Below, piece by piece: positions 35,779 through 46,589 of a stretch of DNA of 64,000 bases. The DNA is from an uncultured Bacillales bacterium. Lineage in GTDB: Bacteria > Bacillota_I > Bacilli_A > RF39 > UBA660. Location: contig CANOYR010000009.1 of the NCBI GenBank assembly GCA_947571655.1, positions 298-64,297 of the forward strand. Reading direction: 5' to 3'. The position numbers and the translations under genes are program-made. The notes beneath the pieces were generated by a model. That model saw only the letters and a list, made by a program, of their open reading frames with translations, did no database searches and was not told the DNA's origin. The number at the start of each line of letters is the position of its first letter. The stretch's first letter is position 1.

Positions 35779-36483
35779 ATGGAGAAAAAAATAAAGAAAA
35801 AAATGAGGGTGCGGTTGTTACCAATTTTGATTTTTCTAATCGTTTGCGCAATTCTATTCATGATTATAAAACTAATTTTGGAGTATCCCATTCAAAATAT
35901 TATAATTACAGGAAACAGTTATCTGATAGATCAAGAAATTATCGAACTTGTAGAAATTCAAGAATATCCAAGTTTTGTTGGTACTTATTTTTCTTCTTTA
36001 GAAAAAAAACTAAAAAAGAGTCCTTGGATTCAAGATGTCAAGATATCAAGGCATCTTTGGGGAATTATTGAAATTGAAATAGAAGAAGCAGAACCACTTT
36101 TTGAAAAGATAGAAAATGGGGTAGTAGTTTTATCAAATGGAAATGAAATTTCAAGTACAGATTTAGAGATTCCTGTTACGGGACTTTTAAATTATGTGCC
36201 AGATACAAAATATGAAACATTATTAAAACAAATGATAAGAATTGAAAAGAGTATTCGTTATTTAATTTCTGAGATGACTTATTTTCCAAATGAACAAGAC
36301 AAGGATCGTTTTCTTCTTTATATGAATGATGGAAATTATGTGTATCTAACATTAACGAAATTTCAGAATATCAATTATTACGAACAAGTTTTAGAACAAC
36401 TAGATGGAAAAAAAGGAATTTTATATTTAGATTCTGGAAATCATTTTCAAATTATGGAAGAGGACACTTCTAATATTCAATAA
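35779..36483 (+). CDS. divIB: Cell division protein DivIB/FtsQ
   Basis: It has a short basic N-terminus, one TM helix, a POTRA-like IQNIIITGNSYLIDQEIIELV...PWIQDVKISRHLWGIIEIEIEE region and an FtsQ-type beta domain. It follows murB. Confidence 0.8.
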   Translation: MEKKIKKKMRVRLLPILIFLIVCAILFMIIKLILEYPIQNIIITGNSYLIDQEIIELVEIQEYPSFVGTYFSSLEKKLKKSPWIQDVKISRHLWGIIEIEIEEAEPLFEKIENGVVVLSNGNEISSTDLEIPVTGLLNYVPDTKYETLLKQMIRIEKSIRYLISEMTYFPNEQDKDRFLLYMNDGNYVYLTLTKFQNINYYEQVLEQLDGKKGILYLDSGNHFQIMEEDTSNIQ

Positions 36484-36508
36484 AAATGAACTCATAAATT
36501 TAGGTTGA

Positions 36509-36544
36509 TTCTATAATAAAACAGGAATTTTGTTTTTTATAGAA
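36509..36544 (+). terminator. Long AT-rich hairpin after divIB (possible terminator)
   Basis: TTCTATAATAAAACA (36509-36523) pairs with TGTTTTTTATAGAA (36531-36544) with a 1-nt bulge. There is no clean T-tail. Confidence 0.35.
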
Positions 36545-36643
36545 TGAATCTATTTTTATTTCTATTTTTCTTAGGTTCAGACTAGGAAAAAATAAGAATC
36601 TATTATATAATATTAGTAGTTTAGTAGTATGGAGGAAGTTGAA

Positions 36644-37201
36644 ATGTATAGTTATATGATTGGAAAAGTTACAGATGTGATAGGGAATGCAATCGTTTTG
36701 GAAGTAGCAGGAATTGGGTATTTAATGAATACTCCGAATCCTTATTCTTTTGATTTTAATAAAGAATATAAAGTATATGTTTATCAACAGATTCGAGAAG
36801 ATGAGCACAGTTTATATGGATTTAAAACGGTAGAAGAAAAAGACTTATTTTTACGACTAATTGCTGTAAAAGGTCTTGGACCTAAAATGGCACTTCCAAT
36901 ATTAGCTACAGGTTCTATTTCTGGAATTTTAGATGCGATTGAAAGAGAGAATGTTTTGTATTTAAAAAAATTTCCTAAAATAGGAGAGAAACTTGCCAAA
37001 CAGATTATTTTAGACTTAAAAGGAAAAATTACAATCAATATAGATAATACAAAAACTTCTTCAGGATATGAAGAACTCTTAGAAGTCATGCAGGGGCTTG
37101 GTTATAAAGAAAAAGAGATTCGAGGAATATTAGCAAAAATAGATACTTCCTTATCAATTGAAGATCAGGTAAAAGAAGCACTAAAGCTATTATTAAAATA
37201 A
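36644..37201 (+). CDS. ruvA: Holliday junction DNA helicase subunit RuvA
   Basis: MYSYMIGKVTDV...VLEVAGIGY has an OB-fold N-terminus. LIAVKGLGPKMAL and LKKFPKIGEKLAKQIILDL are HhH motifs. A GGAGGAA RBS precedes the ATG at 36644. Confidence 0.93.
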   Translation: MYSYMIGKVTDVIGNAIVLEVAGIGYLMNTPNPYSFDFNKEYKVYVYQQIREDEHSLYGFKTVEEKDLFLRLIAVKGLGPKMALPILATGSISGILDAIERENVLYLKKFPKIGEKLAKQIILDLKGKITINIDNTKTSSGYEELLEVMQGLGYKEKEIRGILAKIDTSLSIEDQVKEALKLLLK

Positions 37202-37220
37202 AAGTAGAGGGGGAACTAAA

Positions 37221-37967
37221 ATGATGGGTTTTCTTACACCAGAAAATGAATGGATAGAAATTGATTATTCTACATTACAAAGTTATTGTAAAGAAGTTTG
37301 CCAAAGAAAAGAAAATCAAGAAGCCTTTTTTCAATTTGCAAAAGACTATCAGAATTTTTCTCCCTATTTTGACTTTGTAGTGTTCTATCTAAAATATGCA
37401 CTAGTTGGTCCTTTATTAGAAGAAGACTTAATTCTTGGTTATCGTAATGGAAGTTTGATAGCACTAGAAATTTCTAATTTAAAAGAGGATTATGGAATCA
37501 TCAATTATGAAATGATAAAACAGGCTTTAGAGAATTCTTACTATCGTTTAAAAATTCCCTATATTAATCCTTGTTCCAATCGTGAACTTCGATGTCAACC
37601 GATTTCTAATAAACGTTTATTCTCATCAGTAATTACGAACCAAGGAATCATGATGATGTCAAAAACAGGACTTGATAAAAGAGGAAATCATAAAGTAACC
37701 AATCTGACGATTCTTAATATGTTGTTAATTGAAAATCCAATTCTACTGAACGATTTTCAAATACATATTCAAAATGGTGGAACCGCCAGTGATTTTTTAT
37801 TAGAGTCTCTTGGATATCTACATTTTGTTTCAAAAAGTGAGGGTGCAATCATTTTATATGGCGGGAATTATCACTCTCCAATCATTGAAAAATTTTTATT
37901 GGAAAAATCAAAAGAGGGATATTTAGAAAAAAATATTTCAAAGCGAAAAAAAGAAAGGAGTGCCTAG
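37221..37967 (+). CDS. Hypothetical protein (248 aa) inserted between ruvA and ruvB
   Basis: The ORF starts 19 nt after the ruvA stop, behind a GAGGGGGA RBS. Its TAG stop directly abuts the ruvB ATG (TAGATG at 37965-37970). I recognise no motif. Confidence 0.6.
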   Translation: MMGFLTPENEWIEIDYSTLQSYCKEVCQRKENQEAFFQFAKDYQNFSPYFDFVVFYLKYALVGPLLEEDLILGYRNGSLIALEISNLKEDYGIINYEMIKQALENSYYRLKIPYINPCSNRELRCQPISNKRLFSSVITNQGIMMMSKTGLDKRGNHKVTNLTILNMLLIENPILLNDFQIHIQNGGTASDFLLESLGYLHFVSKSEGAIILYGGNYHSPIIEKFLLEKSKEGYLEKNISKRKKERSA

Positions 37968-38978
37968 ATGGAAGAAAGAGTAATTTCAGGAGAAGAATTA
38001 GAAGAAGACCTAACAGATTTAAATATTAGACCAGATAGTATTTCAGAATATATTGGGCAAAAAGATGTAAAAGAAAATATCAAAGTATATATAGAATCTG
38101 CAAAAATGAGAAAAGAATCTTTAGATCATGTATTATTATACGGACCTCCAGGTCTTGGGAAAACAACACTTGCTAGTATCATCGCAAATGAACTTGGAGT
38201 AAATTTAAAAACAGCTAGTGGTCCTAGTATTGAAAAGCCAGGAGATTTGGCTGCAATCTTATCGACATTAGAACCGAATGATGTTCTTTTTATTGATGAA
38301 ATTCATCGAATGCCTTCATACATAGAAGAAATCTTATATCCTGCAATGGAAGACTTTGTTCTAGATATTATTTTTGGTTCTGAGGGAAGTTCCAGAAGCA
38401 TTCGAATTAATCTTCCAAAGTTCACTTTGGTTGGTGCGACAACACGGGTTGGGGATTTAACTTCTCCCTTACGAGATCGTTTTGGAATCATTTCTAAACT
38501 TCAATATTATACAAATGAAGAACTTTCTAAAATTGTAGAGAGAACTTCTAGAGTTCTTCAGGTTTCAATCGAAAAAGAAGCTGCCTATGAACTAGCCTCA
38601 CGTAGCAGAGGAACTCCAAGAATTGCCAATCGTTTATTTAAGAGAGTTCGTGATTTTGCACTAGTAGAAGGAAATGGTAAAATTGATTTAGAAATTACAA
38701 GAAAAGCCCTTTGTCGATTAAAGATTGATGAAAAAGGACTCGATGAAGTAGATCACCAATTATTATTATCTATTATTCATAAATTTAATGGAGGACCTGT
38801 CGGAGTAGAATCCATTGCTAGTACCATTGGAGAAGAAGTTACTACTATCGAAGATGTCTATGAGCCTTATTTATTACAACAAGGATTTTTGAAAAGAACT
38901 CCTAGAGGAAGGGTTGTTACACATCTTGCTTATGAACATTTAAAAATTGAATATCAAAATAGTATTTTTGAATCATGA
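37968..38978 (+). CDS. ruvB: Holliday junction DNA helicase RuvB
   Basis: [12 protein letters not shown], Walker [10 protein letters not shown], Walker B LFIDEIHR and sensor GTPRIANRL are present, with a winged-helix C-terminus. Confidence 0.96.
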   Translation: MEERVISGEELEEDLTDLNIRPDSISEYIGQKDVKENIKVYIESAKMRKESLDHVLLYGPPGLGKTTLASIIANELGVNLKTASGPSIEKPGDLAAILSTLEPNDVLFIDEIHRMPSYIEEILYPAMEDFVLDIIFGSEGSSRSIRINLPKFTLVGATTRVGDLTSPLRDRFGIISKLQYYTNEELSKIVERTSRVLQVSIEKEAAYELASRSRGTPRIANRLFKRVRDFALVEGNGKIDLEITRKALCRLKIDEKGLDEVDHQLLLSIIHKFNGGPVGVESIASTIGEEVTTIEDVYEPYLLQQGFLKRTPRGRVVTHLAYEHLKIEYQNSIFES

Positions 38979-38997
38979 TGAAAAAGGGAGAAAAGTA

Positions 38998-39567
38998 ATG
39001 AAAAGAGATTATAGTGAAAAAATATTTCAGCAAATGGGATTAAGAGATATTGTTTTAAAACTTACTCAAAAGATAGAAGAAAATCCAATGTTAAATCAAC
39101 AATATGATGGAGCATTAAAGGCCAATACGCTTTCTTCCTTATTGCAAGTGGATGAAGCAAAGGGAGAAAGAATTCTTAAATTTGTTTCCTACATTGATGA
39201 ACTTCTAATTTCTGAAGAGGAGAAAGTTGCCTATTTAATTACCTTTTCTAGTCTGATAGAAGATGCTAAGCTAAACATTGAAGCTTTAGATGATGGTTAC
39301 ATTTTTATATTGACTGAGTTTTTTAGTTATCGTAGCGTTCAAGAAATCAAAAGTTTAATACTGATTATAAGTATTCCAGAATTAGTCTTAGCAGTTCGAA
39401 ATAAAACACTAGATAGTAGTATGCGAACTGAAATTTTAAACTATGTTACTAATCAATATATAAATCAAAATATCACACAGACGAATCAGAATGAATTTTT
39501 AATGAAAATGATTACAACCATTCAAGAATCTGACTATTATAAACTAATAGAAATAATGCAATCATAA
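38998..39567 (+). CDS. Hypothetical protein (~190 aa)
   Basis: A GGGAG RBS precedes the ATG at 38998. The track start at 38947 overlaps ruvB. I recognise no motif. Confidence 0.5.
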   Translation: MKRDYSEKIFQQMGLRDIVLKLTQKIEENPMLNQQYDGALKANTLSSLLQVDEAKGERILKFVSYIDELLISEEEKVAYLITFSSLIEDAKLNIEALDDGYIFILTEFFSYRSVQEIKSLILIISIPELVLAVRNKTLDSSMRTEILNYVTNQYINQNITQTNQNEFLMKMITTIQESDYYKLIEIMQS

Positions 39568-39580
39568 AAGAGGTGAAAAT

Positions 39581-40609
39581 ATGCAATTAGAAGATTTTGA
39601 TTATAATCTTCCTAAAGAATTAATCGCTCAAGTTCCTTTAGAAAAAAGAGATGCTTCTAAATTATTAGTGCTAGATCAAAAAACAGGAGAAATCAACCAT
39701 CAAAATTTTTCAGATGTCTTACAATACATGAACCCAGGGGATACTTTAGTTTTAAATGACACGAAAGTTTTACCAGCTCGTTTAATTGGAGTGAAAGAAG
39801 AAACAAATGCCATAATAGAAATTCTCTTATTAAAAAATATTGAGAAAGATATTTGGGAGTGCTTAGCAAAACCTGCGAAAAGAGTTCATGTTGGAACTGT
39901 GATTGATTTTGGATTCAAAAAATTGAAAGCAAAATGTATTCAAGAAAAAGAAGATGGTATTCGTCTTCTTGAATTGATTTATGATGGGATTCTATTAGAA
40001 ATTTTAGAAGAATTAGGTACAATGCCACTTCCTCCTTATATTCATGAGAAACTAAAAGATCAAAGTAGATATAATACAGTTTATGCAAAAAATATAGGGA
40101 GTGCTGCAGCACCAACAGCAGGACTTCATTTCACAAACGACTTATTAGAAAAAGCAAAAGAAAAAGGGATTCATGTAGAATATGTAACCTTACATGTTGG
40201 TCTTGGAACTTTTCGTCCTGTCATGGTGGAAGAAATAAAAGATCATAAAATGCACACTGAGTATTACGAAATGTCAGAAGAAGTTGCTCATGTATTAAAT
40301 GAAACAAAAAAAAGAAACAATAAGATTATTGCAGTAGGAACGACGAGTGTGCGAACCTTAGAAACAATCATAAATCGCTATGGAAAGTTTCAAGCTTGCT
40401 CTGGAGTTACGGATATTTTTATTTATCCAGGATATCAGTTTCAAGCAATCGATTTTTTAATTACCAATTTCCATTTACCAAAATCTACCTTACTAATGCT
40501 CGTAAGTGCTCTTGCAGGAAGAGAAAATACTCTACATGCATACCAAGAAGCAATTAAAGAAAAATATCGATTCTTTTCCTTTGGAGATAGTATGATAATT
40601 AAATATTAA
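39581..40609 (+). CDS. queA: S-adenosylmethionine:tRNA ribosyltransferase-isomerase QueA
   Basis: [46 protein letters not shown] and FSFGDSM are QueA motifs. Confidence 0.95.
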   Translation: MQLEDFDYNLPKELIAQVPLEKRDASKLLVLDQKTGEINHQNFSDVLQYMNPGDTLVLNDTKVLPARLIGVKEETNAIIEILLLKNIEKDIWECLAKPAKRVHVGTVIDFGFKKLKAKCIQEKEDGIRLLELIYDGILLEILEELGTMPLPPYIHEKLKDQSRYNTVYAKNIGSAAAPTAGLHFTNDLLEKAKEKGIHVEYVTLHVGLGTFRPVMVEEIKDHKMHTEYYEMSEEVAHVLNETKKRNNKIIAVGTTSVRTLETIINRYGKFQACSGVTDIFIYPGYQFQAIDFLITNFHLPKSTLLMLVSALAGRENTLHAYQEAIKEKYRFFSFGDSMIIKY

Positions 40610-40703
40610 TTTCTTTCATAAAATGCCATTGTTTCTTTATAGAAATGATGGTATAATAACTTTTACTGAAAAAGACATCATTAGATTTTAGAATAAGCAA
40701 TAG

Positions 40704-41828
<1,125 letters not shown>

Positions 41829-41844
41829 TAATAGGAGATTTATA

Positions 41845-43305
41845 ATGGAACATATTACCAACGAACAATCAAAAAATAGTAAAAATCAATCTTTAGAGAT
41901 AACAGAAGAAATTATGCAGGCAATAGAGCAGGGAAAATTAGAAACAGTAATCAATATATTAGAAGAAACAGAAGGCGAAGAGTTTATCAAACTTTCTAAA
42001 AATTTATGGAAATGGGTACTTACTCAGATTCTTTCAAAAAATGAAGAAAAGAAAAAATCCAACGAGTTTTTTAAGACTTTCATTGAACAAGAAAAAACAG
42101 AAAATCGTGAAAAAGAAAAACCAGCGGTAGAAACCACTCAAACAATAGAAATCAATCAAAAATCAACACCAGAGCCACAAGACTCAAAAGAAAAAAAATC
42201 TATTGATGAGATATGGAATCTCTATCAAGAAAATAGAAAATCTAATCCAATCATTGCGAAAGAATTTTTATTAAAATTTATAGAACAGTGTAAAAAAGAG
42301 GGGATTCCATTTTATAACTATATGGCGATAACCAATATCAATGAAAAAATTGCTAATCTTGGGATTCCTTTAGAACAGATAGAAAAAGAAAAAGAATTAG
42401 TAAAACAAATAAAAGACATAATACGAATGAAAGCTAGTCCAGAAAAATTTGACACATTAAAAATACTAGTAGATGAGTTTTCGAAACTTTATCAAGATCG
42501 TGGAGTATTAGGTCCACTTTACAAAGGAGCCTATCAGTCAGCGATAAATAATCATGAAAAAGCAATTGAGTATTATAATCAAGTTCTAAAAGAAGAACCA
42601 TGGAATCAATTTGCTTTAAAATCGTATTCTTTCTCTCTAATTGCACAACATAACTTTTCGAAGGCAATAAGAGTTCTTAAAAAAACTTTAGAATATTACC
42701 CTATGGATCTTACTAGTAAAGTCAGATTAGCTAAAACCTGTATTTGGACAGATAAGATTTCACAATTAAGAAAACTCAACGATGCAAGTAAATTTTTAAC
42801 TAACAAAGATTTTTATGATTATCTAACAATTGTGATTACTAATCTTGAGGAAAAAATAGATTTAGAAATCCATAATTTAAATTCAAAATCTAGGAAAGAT
42901 AGTCTTTATAAAAAATTAGAGTTATTAAAAGAGGAACTCACATCTCATCAAGAACTTCAGGCACAACTATCAAACTATTCAAGTGTTACTAGAGAAATGT
43001 TAGAAGACTATTCACCAATGATTCCATATGAAGCAGAAGTTTATGAGAATATCTTAAATGAAAAAGATGGAAGCATACAACCAGAACAACTGAATCATTA
43101 CATTCAAAATATCGAAATTAGAGAAGATGAAAAAATGCTACTTTATATTGCAGCAGCTAAAATATGTTTTATTCACCAATTTCCAAAATATGGAGAGCAA
43201 TATTTAACACTTGTTTCTAAAGAACACTCAAAACCTTCCTTTGTAAGAGAACAATATAATCAATGTAGAAAAAATAAAAAGTTATACTTAAATCAACATA
43301 AATAA
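41845..43305 (+). CDS. Hypothetical TPR-like repeat protein (~486 aa)
   Basis: An AGGAG RBS precedes the ATG at 41845. The central region GAYQSAINNHEKAIEYYNQVLKEEPWNQFALKSYSFSLIAQHNFSKAIRVLKKTLEYYP looks like tandem TPRs. The rest is unassigned. Confidence 0.5.
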   Translation: MEHITNEQSKNSKNQSLEITEEIMQAIEQGKLETVINILEETEGEEFIKLSKNLWKWVLTQILSKNEEKKKSNEFFKTFIEQEKTENREKEKPAVETTQTIEINQKSTPEPQDSKEKKSIDEIWNLYQENRKSNPIIAKEFLLKFIEQCKKEGIPFYNYMAITNINEKIANLGIPLEQIEKEKELVKQIKDIIRMKASPEKFDTLKILVDEFSKLYQDRGVLGPLYKGAYQSAINNHEKAIEYYNQVLKEEPWNQFALKSYSFSLIAQHNFSKAIRVLKKTLEYYPMDLTSKVRLAKTCIWTDKISQLRKLNDASKFLTNKDFYDYLTIVITNLEEKIDLEIHNLNSKSRKDSLYKKLELLKEELTSHQELQAQLSNYSSVTREMLEDYSPMIPYEAEVYENILNEKDGSIQPEQLNHYIQNIEIREDEKMLLYIAAAKICFIHQFPKYGEQYLTLVSKEHSKPSFVREQYNQCRKNKKLYLNQHK

Positions 43306-43306
43306 A

Positions 43307-43349
43307 AAAGTTCCTTTTGGTATTTGATAGAGTAATACCAAAGGAACTT
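43307..43349. terminator. Bidirectional intrinsic terminator
   Basis: AAAGTTCCTTTTGGTAT pairs with ATACCAAAGGAACTTT in a 14-16 bp stem with one bulge. A-runs and T-runs lie on both sides, between convergent genes. Confidence 0.8.
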
Positions 43350-43715
43350 TTAACTTTCCTGTCTTTTATTAATCCCAAGCATACTTCCTAACATCGAAGA
43401 GGCCATTAAAATAAGGTAATAAAGAAATGATTTTAAGGTAATTCCTTGATCAAGTCCTAGATAACTAATCAAAAAAAACAGAAAAATAACAACCAATCCG
43501 ATTTTAATTCCCTCGAGCCATCCTTTTTTTTCACAATTTTTACCAAGATACATTCCTCCTAAAAAAAGAGTGAGCATTGTAGAGAATAAAATCATCAATT
43601 GTGTAGTTTTTTCAGATAGAATATTAAAGTATCCAAGCAGAGTAGTTAACATAATAAAGAAAAGAAAAAGTAAAAGTATGAAAAGAAAAGCTTCTCCATA
43701 TTTTTTATATTTCAT
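43350..43715 (-). CDS. Small 4-TM membrane protein (YrzE/TIGR04086-like)
   Basis: It is 121 aa. The motif LFLGGMYLGKNCEKKGWLEGIKIG resembles the YrzE family. The position between tgt and a spoVB-like gene mirrors B. subtilis synteny (from memory). Confidence 0.45.
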   Translation of the reverse strand: MKYKKYGEAFLFILLLFLFFIMLTTLLGYFNILSEKTTQLMILFSTMLTLFLGGMYLGKNCEKKGWLEGIKIGLVVIFLFFLISYLGLDQGITLKSFLYYLILMASSMLGSMLGINKRQES

Positions 43716-43789
43716 AAAATCACCTAGTATAATCTATGACTTTGTATACTTTTTTATTCTTAGAAGCATAATAGAAATAGGTGAAGAAA

Positions 43790-44437
43790 ATGGACTATAT
43801 CATTGTGTTAGAAAGAACATTTTTATTTTATATACTAATTACTGTATTATATCGGTTTATGGGAAAAAGAGAAGTAGGTCAGCTTGGCATTGTCGATTTA
43901 ATTGTTTCAATTTTAATTGCAGAACTTGCGGCAATGTCAATCGATAATCGAAAAGAGAGTATTTTCTTATCAATTTTACCAATCATTTCTTTAGTTTTAA
44001 TTCAAGTTGGAATGGCATACTACTCTTTAAAAAATTCAAAAGTTCGAGATGCCTTTGATGGAGTACCATCCGTTATTATAAAAAAGGGAATCATTAATTT
44101 TAAAGAAATGGTGAAGCAACGCTACAACATTGATGATTTATTAACTCAACTTAGAGAACAACATATTCGCTCAATCGAAGAGGTTGATTATGCAATTTTA
44201 GAAACAAGTGGAAATTTAAGCGTCTTCAAAAAAAATGGGGAATATACTTCTTTATATCCAATGCCATTAATTCTAGATGGAGTAATTCAAGAAGAAACCT
44301 TGAAGGCAATTTCTAAAAATGAGAAGTGGTTACGAAAAACATTAAAGGACGAAAATGTTGAATTAGAGGAAGTATTCTATGCATTTTATCGAAAAAAAGA
44401 TTTATTCCTCATTCGACATAAAGATATCGAAAAATAA
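43790..44437 (+). CDS. DUF421 (YetF-like) membrane protein
   Basis: RFMGKREVGQLGIVDLIVSILIAELAA is the N-terminal DUF421 signature, and the C-terminal soluble domain has YAILETSGNLSV. The start is the ATG at 43790 (AGGTGA RBS) or the GTG at 43781. Confidence 0.75.
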   Translation: MDYIIVLERTFLFYILITVLYRFMGKREVGQLGIVDLIVSILIAELAAMSIDNRKESIFLSILPIISLVLIQVGMAYYSLKNSKVRDAFDGVPSVIIKKGIINFKEMVKQRYNIDDLLTQLREQHIRSIEEVDYAILETSGNLSVFKKNGEYTSLYPMPLILDGVIQEETLKAISKNEKWLRKTLKDENVELEEVFYAFYRKKDLFLIRHKDIEK

Positions 44438-44463
44438 AAAGTTCCCAAAACAGGAACTTTTCT
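44438..44463. terminator. Bidirectional intrinsic terminator
   Basis: AAAGTTCC (44438-44445) pairs with GGAACTTT (44453-44460), with an A-run upstream and a T-run downstream. Confidence 0.7.
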
Positions 44464-44564
44464 TATAATAACTACATGGTGAGAGTATTTCATAGTTATT
44501 ATGATTTGATTATAAAATAAAAATATGAAATTTATGTGAAATAAAGAGTTTTTTAAAAAAAACT

Positions 44565-45140
44565 TTAAATCCAAAGTTTTTTAATAATTTCTGGATTTAA
44601 AATTTTTAATTGATTAAAATAAGAAATGGGAACAATCGCTTCAATTTCTAGTTTCTCAGAGTATTCTTTTTTTATCAGATTTTCCTTTCCAATTTTAGAG
44701 ATTAATTGATTTTCATTTTTATAATCTGTTTTAATTTTTATATGATAAGCCATCTCCAAATCTTTTATCTGAGAATGATCCAAGGCTGTCTTTACACAAC
44801 CTGAATAGGCACGAATTAATCCCCCAGCACCTAGCTTAATTCCTCCAAAATAACGAATAACGACACAGAGAATGTAATTCATTTCTCTTTTATTTAAAAC
44901 TTCTAGAATTGGAATTCCAGCAGTACCACTAGGTTCTTTATCATCGGATGCTTTTTGCTGATGATTGATAATATAAGCATAACAATAATGATTCGCCCCT
45001 CGATATTCATTTTTAGTATCCTCTAGATAAATATTTACTTCTTCTAAAGTTGTAACATAAAATAATTTTGTAATAAACTTTGATTTTTTAATTTCTAATA
45101 GATTGGTGCTATTTTTATAAATTCGTTTCATAAGTATCAC
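44565..45140 (-). CDS. YigZ/IMPACT-family protein (UPF0029)
   Basis: IKKSKFI, ANHYCYAYI, DDKEPSGTAG.PIL and VVIRYFGGIKLGAGGLIRAYS are YigZ N-domain motifs. Confidence 0.85.
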   Translation of the reverse strand: MILMKRIYKNSTNLLEIKKSKFITKLFYVTTLEEVNIYLEDTKNEYRGANHYCYAYIINHQQKASDDKEPSGTAGIPILEVLNKREMNYILCVVIRYFGGIKLGAGGLIRAYSGCVKTALDHSQIKDLEMAYHIKIKTDYKNENQLISKIGKENLIKKEYSEKLEIEAIVPISYFNQLKILNPEIIKKLWI

Positions 45141-45182
45141 CTAACTCATTATAACATACTTTTTATTAAAGAAAAAAAGTGC

Positions 45183-46589
45183 TTACTCTCTTGGTATTTT
45201 AAAATAGAAAATAGTTCCTTTTTTTTCAGTACTAATTACGCCATATTCAAAATTATGAAGCTCCAAAATCTGCTTTACAATCGAAAGGCCTAATCCAGTT
45301 CCTATCACATTCCTTTGATGAGTTTTATTAGACTTATAATATTTATTCCAAATATTTTCTAAGTCATCCTTTGGAATGGGAACTCCTGTATTTTTGATTT
45401 CTATTAAGTATTCCTTTTTTCGAATAGTAACACTAATTTCAATAATCTTATCCTCACCAGTATACTGAATGGCATTATTAATTAAGTTATAAAGAACTTG
45501 CTCTAGTTTCTTTTTATCAGCCTTAATGATCATAGATTCTTTATTTTCATAAATAAATTGATATTTTTCATTTAATTTAAAAATTTCATAATGGTTTAAA
45601 ATATTTTGAATGAATAGATGGAAGTCAAAAGATTCTATCTCCATTTTCATCATTTTACTTTCCATTACAGATAATGTCAAAATATCATTCACCAAGTGAT
45701 TTAAGCGATCACTCTCCTCGATAATGACATTTAAGTTTTGCTCCCTTTTTTCTTTATGAGGATATGTTAAATCTCGTACCATTTCAGCATAAGCTTTAAT
45801 CATTGTAAGAGGTGTTTTTAAATCATGAGAAACATTTGCCATCAATTCTTTTCTAAGCTCTTCTGTTTGTGCTACTTCACGATTTGCATATTTTAGGGTA
45901 TGCGCAAGCTCAGTAATTTCAAAAAACTCATCGGGAATATCAAAGTTTTCATTTTCTATTTTTTTTCCAAACTCTTTTGTTGCCTTGGTCAATTTTATAA
46001 TTGGCTTCGATAACTTTTTCGATATAAAATAGGCAATAATAAAGGCAAGAATAAGAACAATAATCGTAACTATAATAAATTGTTTTCTTAAAATCGAAAC
46101 AGTAGAATCGATTGGCACCAAAGAAGAAGTTGTAAAAATATAAGTATTAGAATCTAATTTTAAACTATAAACTAAAGTTTTATTTTCAAATAAGGGATTA
46201 ATTGTAATGAACTTATTTTTCTGCTGATTACTTTGAATAAAATTTTTCTTATATTTTTTAAAAGTGATTCCTTGAAGACACTCTTTATTAAATCCGTCTG
46301 TTGTATAGTCGGTATTGGAAGAAGCATCAGAAATAATGATACAGACTCCTGTTTTATGGGCAATTGTCGCCACCTGATCAAAAAAGTCGGTATTACTTTC
46401 TTTAGTATAATAGTACCTAGATAAAGAATTTACAACTTTTTCTAATTCTCTAGTTTTAGAAGACTCATAATAAGAAGGAAGCATGATAATTTGAAAAGTC
46501 CATAAAAATATTAAGATTAAGATAGAGAAAGAAATGAAGGATTTCCATATTTTTGTTCGAATTTTATTTTTCTTCTTTTGGTAATTCAA
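45183..46589 (-). CDS. Two-component sensor histidine kinase
   Basis: It has two TM helices flanking a ~150-aa extracytoplasmic domain, a HAMP-like segment, the H-box LMANVSHDLKTPLT, the N-box LINNAIQYT and the G-box GTGLGLSIVKQI. Confidence 0.9.
   Translation of the reverse strand: MNYQKKKNKIRTKIWKSFISFSILILIFLWTFQIIMLPSYYESSKTRELEKVVNSLSRYYYTKESNTDFFDQVATIAHKTGVCIIISDASSNTDYTTDGFNKECLQGITFKKYKKNFIQSNQQKNKFITINPLFENKTLVYSLKLDSNTYIFTTSSLVPIDSTVSILRKQFIIVTIIVLILAFIIAYFISKKLSKPIIKLTKATKEFGKKIENENFDIPDEFFEITELAHTLKYANREVAQTEELRKELMANVSHDLKTPLTMIKAYAEMVRDLTYPHKEKREQNLNVIIEESDRLNHLVNDILTLSVMESKMMKMEIESFDFHLFIQNILNHYEIFKLNEKYQFIYENKESMIIKADKKKLEQVLYNLINNAIQYTGEDKIIEISVTIRKKEYLIEIKNTGVPIPKDDLENIWNKYYKSNKTHQRNVIGTGLGLSIVKQILELHNFEYGVISTEKKGTIFYFKIPRE

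Noticed and set aside
35763-36071. 102-aa + strand ORF overlapping the murB end and the divIB start
   Set aside because: It is an alternative frame of divIB. The divIB frame gives a proper TM helix plus POTRA protein, while this frame gives a basic, low-complexity peptide.
37221-37967. The ruvA-ruvB intervening ORF as a RuvC/RecU-type resolvase
   Set aside because: I could find no RuvC (D-E-D-D) or RecU-like catalytic motif pattern by eye. I keep it as an unknown ORF of interest and make no functional call.
43570-43947. 125-aa + strand ORF spanning the YrzE-like gene (antisense) and the start of the DUF421 gene
   Set aside because: It is antisense or out of frame to two ORFs with coherent membrane-protein features, and it crosses their intergenic promoter region.
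44465-44502. 10-bp perfect inverted repeat ATAATAACTA...TAGTTATTAT downstream of yigZ as a terminator
   Set aside because: It has an 18-nt loop, an all-AT stem and no U-tail on either strand. The adjacent GC-containing hairpin at 44438-44463 is the more plausible bidirectional terminator.
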